From Macrostomum lignano (taxonomy: Eukaryota): a stretch of 64,000 nucleotides of DNA. The position numbers and the translations under genes are program-made. The notes below the pieces were generated by a model. The model was not told the DNA's origin. It worked only from the letters and a program-made list of their open reading frames with translations, and searched no databases. The DNA lies in the NCBI GenBank assembly GCA_002269645.1, contig NIVC01002100.1:1-64000 (forward strand), given 5' to 3'. Shown one piece after another: positions 22,781 through 32,900 of the stretch. The first letter of the stretch is position 1; each line of letters starts with the position of its first letter.

Positions 22781-24631
22781 ATTAAACTAATATAATATCA
22801 CATTAAAATAATTTAAGGCAGGAAACCGAAAGATCGCCAAAATAGCTTAAAATGACCTATGAAAAATATGATAGTTATAAATTATGTATTTAGGCCTAGG
22901 AGACACTGCACTTAAGCTAAATTAAACTAGCCTAGCTAATAGTTATTTCAAACCAATTTAGTAGATTACTATAAACAAAAATCTAATTTTTTGAATTTGT
23001 TAGTGAGCTTTGTTAGCTAGACTTTATAAGTATGTTGAGGGTAAAATTAACTTACATCAGCTGTGGAACCCAGCTTAGTACTGGCTGTATCAACAGGGGC
23101 CTCGAAATCATGTTGCATAAAGAAGCGATGTCCGTAGAGTGGCATTTTACCTGGAGTTTATTTTATTCTAGTTTTACTTTAGTAGTGCAAACTTGATTCG
23201 TTCCTTGAAGCTTTTAACGATATAATAGCCTAATAAGTACCAATCAAGTTAACTGACTTGACCAACAGATTTTAAAGAAAAATCGTTTAAAGAAAATCGT
23301 GAAAAAATGTATTTAAATTTTTATAGAAACTTTGCGTCGTAAACAAAAAATTCTTTTGATTGTTTTTATTTATTTTATAGCTAAAAATTACGATACCATT
23401 TTTATAAGACTCTCAAGAATTAGTCGAAAACTGAACATAGTTTTGTTTTACCTTAAAATGTTCAAAATTTCGTAAATTCGTAAATGGGTCCCGTGCTACG
23501 TGTGACGAATTTAATCTGGCAGTCCTTGGCAGAACAAGACCGAACAAGACCGAAGAAAAATGCAAGTATAGCGCAGTCCAATATTCAATTGAATTGATAT
23601 ATTCTGCTTGCTTAGTTGGCCAAGTTTTTTTTTATTTTTTTGAGTAGCGACGAAAAACGAATAGTAATATAAAACGATAGATGATACAGCGAATTGTAAT
23701 TGGCTGAGAGTTACGATGGGCGCTGGGCAAACTATTGATTTGTTAAAAATTCATCACTTGCCGACATATAAAAGCCGATTCAATGAATGTACTCGTACAC
23801 AGAATTCATACAAAATATGATACAACTTACGTAGTAGTCTACTGATAGTAAAAATGATAGTAAAACTGAAGTTTTCCACAAGTCCCCCGTCACATACGAA
23901 ACTACGAGCGTAGTAGAAAGTCTGAAGAGTCAAGCGCAAAAATTCCTAAATTTTAACACTAAATGTGGCTATGTATGCCATCAAGGTATAGTCAAGTTCA
24001 GGTACATTAGTCTTGAAGGAGTCTAAGGATCCGCTTATAAAAGTCAGGATCGTGTACGTGTTATGTACATGTACATTGCGTTCGTTCATGGTGAGCATGC
24101 AACTACGCGCGACCTATAAGTTGATTATAAGCATTATGCTCGTAGGAGTGGATTTCGCACATAAATAAATATTCTCAGGAGGAAAACCGCATGCACTTCA
24201 TGAATAACGTCCCACAATGCAGTATAGTGCTGATGCAATTCCGCAAGCTCCATTCGGCTAGCTGGCTCCCGACAAGTGCGCATGGATACATGATATATGC
24301 ATGGACGCAATCACACATGGTTTACGTATACCATTTGACTTTCTAATCTACATGCATGTACACTCAAACGACACCTCCTGTCCTATTTCGTACAAAAGCC
24401 CCAAATGAATGTGGTCGCATACGAACAAGGGGCTACATGTAACATGTAAGGCGCGTTTACTGCTGAGCTGCTCCTGGGGGTCCGTAGATTATACTGTTAG
24501 GAATGGGCGTTTCTATACAGCTGGGACTGCAGAACTCCATTCCTCAACTCCTAAGTTTAAGGGTCGATTGAAACTTACTTACATTAGTTAATTTTTTTAA
24601 ATCTTAACCCATTTCAATACTGGTTACTCAC

Positions 24632-24667
24632 CTGATATGCCTGGATGCCGCAGCATTTCTTTGCCAT
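24632..24667 (-). CDS. COX6B: Predicted COX6B first coding exon (MAKKCCGIQAYQ)
   Basis: ATG 24667, 12 codons, consensus donor CAG|GTGAGT, phase 0 matches acceptor at 19775; gives a 90-aa product, typical for COX6B. Confidence 0.5.
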
Positions 24668-25405
24668 TGCTTTAGTTGGTACAGCATGCAGCTTAAAAAG
24701 CTAAAGTGCAAAACTGCCCAGGCTTAGTTAAAGTCAAATAACCAAGTCAGCAGAACAGATGGCCGCAATCAATGTAATCGTAAGTGATAATGTAAAAGAG
24801 CCAATCAACAAAGCTACTGTATTGTAGGCAAGTTAATAAAATGTAAAGCTTGTGTGTTAGAGTTTTGCATGAAAGCGCATCGCTAACGGGCGGGCTTACG
24901 CAAAGTTTTTAATCAGACAATTTTTTCAAAAAAAAATATATTAAAATGTTTGAAAGCAGATCAGATCAAAAGACGTATAAATGTGCATGCAATCAACTTA
25001 GCAAACCAGCGGCATCCCGGGCCGACTCTGCACGAACTGAAGTAAGTCTGAAGTCTGGCGTCCTGCCTATAGGATTTGCTAGCACTATTCCCAGCATTTG
25101 CTATGAGAACTGTAAGAACGGGCTATCAGCTGCCCCGACAAGTGCGCGTGGATACACAGTCCAGCTGTCACGAACTGTTGGGGGCGCCAACTGATGAGCA
25201 ATGCTCATCAGCGGTATATTTTTGGGGAATTTTTTCCTACCATTTTTAGTTTCGGCAGAGGCGGGCTTGGGGAATGAAAACGATGGCGCTATGAAATATT
25301 AGTTCAACAGTCCGCCTTCACCACGGGGATCCGGGTGCGCCAGAATCAGTACAAAAAATCCACAGTCTTCGGTAGAACAGAAATCCAGTTCAATTAGCGA
25401 GCAGC

Positions 25406-26974
25406 TCAGGCCCAGACCTCCAGGCACAGCGCCTGCCACACCAGGCCGGCCTGCCTGCACAGCAGATCCGGGCGGTTGGCGAAGGCCTCGCCCAGCACGC
25501 CGATGGCCTCCTTCAGCGGCTGGGGCGGCGGCGGCTCCAGATAGTCGGCGACCTCAGCAAGCGGCAGGTCAAGCAGCTGGGACTCGGAGTCGCCAGCGGA
25601 CAGCCACAGCGCCACCAGCTGGTGCAGCGCCCGTATCAGCGGCTGCCGACGCTGCTTGAACGCCTCGCCGAGCTTCAGTGCCGGCGCGGCGGCCGAGTCT
25701 TCGGCGACAGCGGCAGCCGGGGCGCCCGGGAACTCGTCGAACGGGCGCAGGCCCTCATCAGCCAAGCCGACCCAGCGGCGCAGGTCCGCTGCCAGCCAAA
25801 GGCGCGCCAGCCCAGCCGGGGAGGCGGCAGCGGCGGCAAGCAGCGACTCGTCGGCGGGCAGGGCGGCCTCCAGCTGGCGGCGCAACGGCTCGCGGCCTCC
25901 AGCAGCGGCCAGGCGGGCCGCGGCCGGCAGCTGCTGCTCGGCCAGGCGGGTCAGCGACGGCAGGTCTGCCGGCAGTTGGCCGCTGTCGGGTTCGGCCCAG
26001 CGGGCAAGCAGACGGCGCTGCTCGTCGGTGGCCGCATCCTCCTCCGGGGTGGCCAGCAGCCGGAGCATCAGGGCGCCGACGGAGCCGCCGCTGCCCGGAC
26101 CGGTCGCGGAGGTGGAGAGGCGGCCCAGGCCGGGGCGCAGGCGGGGCAGCGAGCGCAGGCGACTGTCGGCCAGCAGCCGCTCCAGCGCTGAGACGTCCAG
26201 CTTTGCATCGATGACGCTGCCGCCGGCGCCGCCACTGAGGGCGTAGGAGCGGCAGCGCAGGATGAGCGGCGGCAGGTCGCGCTCGAGCTGCAGGTCGGCC
26301 ACGTCTCCCGGCCCGGCATCGACGGCGAAGACCGCGGCGTCAGCGGCGGAATCCGGCAGGAGGTCTTGGCAGGCCTCGAGCAGGCGGTTCTGCGCGTCGC
26401 ACAGGATGCGCAGGAGGCCCTGCAGGAGGCCACCGGGCCGCGGCAGGGCCGCCCAGGCCGGCAGCTGCCTGTCGGGGGTCTCCGCCAGTCGCGGGTCAAG
26501 GCCGTCTAGCTCAGACAGCAGCAGCGGGCGGAGGTCGTGCCAGGCGGCCTGCAGGTGGCTGATTTGCTCGGCCATCTCCGGCCGCTGCTTGGCCAGCCGC
26601 GTCAGGAACAGCGGCTGGTGCGGCTGGAGCCGGCCGCCAGCAGACTGCCGCTTCCGCTGGTCCATCTTGACGGCATCGGCGACCACGTCAGGGTCGGCGG
26701 CCAGCTGCTCAGAGAGTCGCACGAGGCCGGGCAGGCGGGGCAGGTGGAGCAGCGCGCGGTCCGCCTCCTGTGCCGCCCGTACCAGCCCGCCTTCGGGGCA
26801 CTGGGCGGCCGCCCGCGCCACGGTCAGCGGCTCCCGCCAGCTCCACAACCCGCAGTCCTCGGTAGCGGCCCCGCAAGCAACGGACAGCAGGCTGTTGACC
26901 ACCCCGACGCTGTCGGCGGCCAGGAGGCGGGTGGCCTCAGCCAGCGGCGCCTCAGCCTCGGTCTCGAGTTGGCC
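25406..26974 (-). CDS. RNF213: RNF213 last exon (C-terminal domain)
   Basis: Acceptor TTCTCCAG, phase 0, 523 codons to the stop. Confidence 0.85.
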   Translation of the reverse strand, partial: GQLETEAEAPLAEATRLLAADSVGVVNSLLSVACGAATEDCGLWSWREPLTVARAAAQCPEGGLVRAAQEADRALLHLPRLPGLVRLSEQLAADPDVVADAVKMDQRKRQSAGGRLQPHQPLFLTRLAKQRPEMAEQISHLQAAWHDLRPLLLSELDGLDPRLAETPDRQLPAWAALPRPGGLLQGLLRILCDAQNRLLEACQDLLPDSAADAAVFAVDAGPGDVADLQLERDLPPLILRCRSYALSGGAGGSVIDAKLDVSALERLLADSRLRSLPRLRPGLGRLSTSATGPGSGGSVGALMLRLLATPEEDAATDEQRRLLARWAEPDSGQLPADLPSLTRLAEQQLPAAARLAAAGGREPLRRQLEAALPADESLLAAAAASPAGLARLWLAADLRRWVGLADEGLRPFDEFPGAPAAAVAEDSAAAPALKLGEAFKQRRQPLIRALHQLVALWLSAGDSESQLLDLPLAEVADYLEPPPPQPLKEAIGVLGEAFANRPDLLCRQAGLVWQALCLEVWA

Positions 26975-29900
26975 CTGGAGAATAAGTGAGCGTTGAGAGT
27001 GTACAGATACGGTGGCTGCATCACATTGGAGCACCCCCTCTGAAGACCAGGTGTCACCTGCATCATCACACCAGCTGCTCACCTGCATCATCACACCAGC
27101 TGCTCATCTGCATCATCACACCAGCTGCTCACCTGCATCATCAAACCAGCTGCTCACCTGCATCATCACACCAGCTGCTCATCTGCATCATCACACCAGC
27201 TGCTCACCTGCATCATCACACCAGCTGCTCATCTGCATCATCACACCAGCTGCTCATCTGCATCATCACACCAGCTGCTCACCTGCATCATCACACCAGC
27301 TGCTCATCTGCATCATCAAACCAGCTGCTCGCCTGCATCATCACACCAGCTGCTCATCTGCATCATCACACCAGCTGCTCATCTGCATCATCAAACCAGC
27401 TGCTCGCCTGCATCATCACACCAGCTGCTCACCTGCATCATTACATCGGAGCTCATCTGCATCATCACACCAGCTGCTCATCTGCATCATCACACCAGCT
27501 GCTCACCTGCATCATTACATCGGAGCTCATCTGCATCATCACACCAGCTGCTCATCTGCATCATCACACCAGCTGCTCGCCTGCATCATCACACCAGCTG
27601 CTCACCTGCATCATTACATCGGAGCTCATCTGCATCATCACACCAGCTGCTCATCTGCATCATCAAACTAGCTGCTTACCTGCATCATCACATGGGAGCT
27701 CATCAGCCGCTGCTCCAACCGCTGCCTGCCCGCCTGTTCGCCAAGATCCCGCCAGTCGTCGCCGCCGTCAGTGTGGGTGGCCAGGCGGGCCAGCAGGATG
27801 TGCACCAGCTGGCTGGCCGCCTCCGTGCTGCGGCCAAGCTGCCTGGCCAGGCGCACCAGGTCCCTGCCGAGCTGCTCCGGATTGGACGAGCCGCGATAGG
27901 CAGTCGAAGAAATCAGGAACAGACCCTGCGGCGAGTGGCGAGTGGTCAGGGTTGGGTTGGGTCAGTGTTGAGTTGGGTCAGAGTTGAATTGGGTCAGGGT
28001 TGATTTGGGTCAGAGTTGAATTGGGTCAGGGTTGATTTGGGTCAGAGTTGAATTGGGTCAAGGTTGAGTTGGGTCAGAGTTGAGTTGGGTCAGGGTTGAG
28101 TTTGGTCAGGGTTGAATTGGGTCAGGTTGAATTGGGTCAGAGTTAAATTGGGTCAGGGTTGAGTTTGGTCAGGGTTGAATTGGGTCAGAGTTGAGTTGGG
28201 TCAGAGTTGAGTTGGGTCAGAGTTGAGTTGGTTCAGAGTTGAGTTGGGTCAGGGTTGAATTGGGTCAGGGTTGATTGGGTCAGGGTTGAGTTGGGTCAGG
28301 GTTGAATTGGGTCAGGAGGTCAAATTCGGTCAGCAGTGAAACCAGTCAGATTGATGCTCCAGCGGCTCACCTGCAGGAGCCTCAAAGCCGCCACACAGCC
28401 GGCAGGCAAGCTGCGCCACCCGCCTCTGTCGCTGGGATCTTCAAGGAAGCCGCGCTGGCTCTGGTCGGGCCTGTCCAGCTGCACCTGGTTGCCCGGGTCT
28501 GCATCGTGCCCGGCGCCGCCGATTTGCTGCTGGCACACGTTGCAGCGGCCCCGAGTCCAAGGGCGACCGCACTGGGGTGTGCGGAGAGGGTGAGCAATTG
28601 GAGCAAGACACATGAGCCTTATGAGCAAGACAAAGACACACTGCGCCTTGAGGACTGGCCCTCATGAGCAAGACAAAGCTTGAGGACTGGCCCTCATGAG
28701 CAAGACAAAGACACACTGCGCCTTGAGGACTGGCCCTCATGAGCAAGACAAAGACACACTGCGCCTTGAGGACTGGCCCTCATCAGTCATGAGCAAATAC
28801 AAAGACACACTGCGCCTTGAGAGCGAGCCCTCATGAGCAAAGATTGCACAAGTCCCAGTCGACTTCAGTTCACATCACCAGGCGCGTCGCCATGGATTTT
28901 ATGGTGGGGGGGGACAAAAGCCAAGAATTCTACATGTACATGTAAACGACGAAATTCATACATGTACATTATTTTCAGAATCGGTGTTTTCAGCACCCAT
29001 TTTAGCGCTGCATGCACTCATTTTAGCGCCGCAGGCACTCATTTTAGCGCCGCAGGCACTCATTTTAGCGCCACAGGCACTCATTTTAGCGCCACAGGCA
29101 CTCATTTTAGCGCTGCATGCACTCATTTTAGCGCCGCAGGCACTCATTTTAGCGCCGCAGGCACTCATTTTAGCGCTGCATGTACTCATTTAAGCGCCGC
29201 AGGCACTCATTTTAGCGCCGCAGGCACTCATTTTAGCGCCGCAGGCACTCATTTTAGCGCCACAGGCACTCATTTTAGCGCCGCAGGCGCTAATTTGTCG
29301 CCATGCAGCGAAAATTATTGATTTTCACAACGGGCCACAAGGTGGGGGTGGGGGGGACAAAGCATTGGCATGTCCCCCCCCCAGATCTTTTACTGGAGGG
29401 GACATGTCCCCCCTGTCCCCCCCGTTGGCGACGCCACTGCACATCACCAAACCGGGTGAGTCACCGCTGCCCTCTCCCCCACCGAGAGCTCACCTCAGTG
29501 ATGATATACGGATGTCCTCTTGGGCACACTGCAAATCAAGGAATGAGAGGCGGGTTTCGTTAGTTCTCTAAATTACAGAGCTTTGATTGCACAGGAGCTG
29601 TACCGCGCCTGAACTCACGGTAAAGCGTGGGGTTCTCGCCCTCAGCCGGACGCGCCCGAATGGCCTGCACAGCCTCGAACATCAAGTCGTGCGGCATGCC
29701 GGGCAGGAACCAGCTGCTCGCCTTAGCCGGAAGCTGCCGAAAGAAGTCCAGGAGGCTGGACCGGCCGGGCTGGGCGACGGCTGCCAGGTACGCGGCGTGC
29801 AGCAGCAGCGAGCGCAGCTGGTGCTGAACTTCCGGACGCTGGCCGGGCACCTGAAGCTCCAGCAGCTCCAGCAGCTGCCGGCCGAGCTGCATCATTGATG

Positions 29901-32900
29901 GAGGGTTTGACAATGCAGGATTCTTGGAGAATTCTAATTCAGCAAGTCAAAGATTGCTTAAAGGCTTTGCTCAACTCACCTGAGAGCTCAGGGCATCGGG
30001 CAGCAGCTGCGACACGAAAATCTGCGGCTCCACGTCTCCCAGACTGGCGGGCCGCGGCTCCATGGCCTGCAGCTGGTGGACAACCGATGCAGCTGCCAGA
30101 CTCTGCATGCGCTGATTGCAGCTGAACTGCTGAAATGCGTGTGGCAAGTTTTAAAATTATTGTCTTACCTGCTGGCTTCCAGTGCACAGCACCAGCTCAC
30201 CTGCTGGCTTCCAGTGCCCAGCACCAGCTCACTGCTGGCTTCCAGTGCCCAGCACCAGCTCCCCTGCTGGCTTCCAGTGCCCAGCACCAGCTCCCCTGCT
30301 GGTTTCCAGTGCCCAGCACCAGCTCACCTGCTGGCTTCCAGTGCCCAGCACCAGCTCACTGCTGGCTTCCAGTGCCCAGCACCAGCTCACTGCTGGCTTC
30401 CAGTGCCCAGCACCAGCTCCCCTGCTGGCTTCCAGTGCCCAGCACCAGCTCCCCTGCTGGTTTCCAGTGCCCAGCATCAGCTCACTGCTGGCTTCCAGTG
30501 CCCAGCACCAGCTCACTGCTGGCTTCCAGTGCCCAGCACCAGCTCACCTGCTAGCTTCCAGTGCCCAGCACCAGCTCACCTGCTAGCTTCCAGTGCCCAG
30601 CACCAGCTCACTGCTGGCTTCCAGTGCCCAGCACCAGCTCACTGCTGGCTTCCAGTGCCCAGCACCAGCTCACCTGGTTCCCCATGCCCCCAGCACCAGC
30701 TCACCTGGTTCCCCATGCCCAGCACCAGCTGCCAGACGGCCTCCCTGGCTATCCGAAACTCCTCCGAGTGGCACAGCAGCAGCTCCGGCTGGCTGGCCCC
30801 GCCGTGGTTGTCCTGGCCAGCAGCGCCTCCTTCGAGTTCATCGCCGAAAACCTCGGCAAGCCAGCGGTGCTGCCGCAGCAGCCGGACGGCTCCGCCGCCG
30901 CCCAGCCGACTCGCCAGGCTCCGCAGCAGGAAAACCCGGGCCGGCCGGCAGGATTTCAGGTGGCTCCTGGCAACGGTTGTCGGGCGGTCCGGGTTCTCGC
31001 TGGCCAGCCGCTGCTCATCCTCGGCCAGGGCGTCGGCCAGAGCAGTCAGGGCGGCCCGGCCGGTGGCCAGCGAGCTCAGGCCGTCAAGGTAGTCGGGCTG
31101 CGGCTGGTCCGCCAAGCCGGTCTGCAGGTGGGACAGCGCCAGTTTGAGCCGCAGATCAGGGCGCATCTGCTTGGCCAGCTTGGCCATGTGGAGGTCCTCC
31201 AGGCAGTGGCAGACGATGCGCGCGAGATCCACGGCGGCCGCCTGGCCGAGGATGTTGCGGGCGCTGGCAAGGTGCTCGGTGAGCTGCTGCTGCACCGAGT
31301 CTCTGCTGTAGCGCAGCAGCTGCTGCAGGATGAAGGACCTGCAGGAAGGACGGCAGTAGGGATTGTGGGGCATTTGGGGATTGTGGGGCATTTCGGGGAT
31401 TGTGGGGCATTTCGGGGATTGTGGGGCATTTGGGGATTGTGGGGCATTTCGGGGATTGTGGGGCATTTCGGGGATTGTGGGGCGTTTTGGGGATTGTGGG
31501 GCATTTTGGGGATTGTGGGGCATTTTGGGGGTTTTGGGGCGTTTTGGGGGTTTTGGGGCATTTCGGGGATTGTGTGGCATTTTGGGGATTGTGGGGCACT
31601 TTGGGGATTGTGGGGCATTTTGGGGATTGTGGGGCATTTTGGGGATTATTTATAATTGTAGAGAATTGTGAGGATTATGGGGAATCTTAGGGTTATGGGG
31701 CATTTTGGGGGTTATGGGTCTTTTTTGGGGTTATGGGGTTTTCCAGGGATTGTGGGGCATTCTGGGCATTGTGCGGAGGGCATTTTGGAGGATTTCGGGA
31801 ATTCTTTTTTGGTATGATGGGGAGACACGCAATGTCTGATCAAACAAAAACGCGTCACGTTCAAGATGAAGATGAGAGCTCCACTCAGCGCCCGGGCCTA
31901 CCTGAACACGGGCGACGGGTCCCTGTTCTGCGTGAAGAAGGCGAACTCCTTGGTCTCGCTGGGGCCGCCGGCGTCGCAGGCGGTCACGTAGGCCACCAGG
32001 TGGCGGCACAGCTCCGGGCTGGGCGGCTCCGGGCCGCCGCCGAAGGTCAGCCGGCCGACCGTCTCCATCATGAAGGTGTTGCAGCGGGCCCGGAACTCCG
32101 CCCGAACCCCGAAGCTGGCGCCGGCTGGCGCGGCCGCCGCCACCCCGGACTCCTGGCACACCGGGCAGCGGAGGCGGGCAGATGCACCGGCCGGGCTGCC
32201 GTCCGGCTCCTCAGCATCCTCAGCCTCATCGCTGTTCCTGCCATCCTGCTCCGCCGCCTGCTCATCATCAGCGTCATCATTGGCTAATTCGACGTCTTCA
32301 TCCGACTCGGACTCATCAGGCAGGCCGCTGCAGTCGCGGCAGAGTCGGTGGCCGCAGGCCAGCAGCAGGTGCGCCGGGCTGCCTTCATCGCCTTCGTCTG
32401 ATTCGTCGCATACGCAGCAGGTCAGTGAGCTGCGGGATTGATGGGGATGAGGATCGGAGGCTGGGGACCTGAGTGCACAGGATGCAGTGAGCTGAGTGCA
32501 CAGGATGCAGTGAGCTGAGTGCACACACAGGATGCAGTGAGCTGAGTGCACAGGATGCAGTGAGCTGAGTGCACAGGATGCAGTGAGCTGAGTGCACAGG
32601 ATGCAGTGACCTGAGTGCACAGGATGCAGTGAGCTGAGTGCACAGGATGCAGTGAGCTGAGTGCACACACAGGATGCAGTGAGCTGAGTGCACAGGATGC
32701 AGTGAGCTGAGTGCACAGGATGCAGTGAGCTGAGTGCACAGGATGCAGTGAGCTGAGTGCACACACAGGATGCAGTGAGCTGAGTGCACACACAGGATGC
32801 AGTGAGCTGAGTGCACAGGATGCAGTGAGCTGAGTGCACAGGATGCAGTGAGCTGAGTGCACAGGATGCAGTGAGCTGAGTGCACAGGATGCAGTGAGCT

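Noticed and set aside
27850-27930. Apparent frameshift in RNF213 after the RZ finger
   Set aside because: On recount the exon from 27925 reads GLFLISSTAYRGSSNPEQLGRDLVRL in a single frame.
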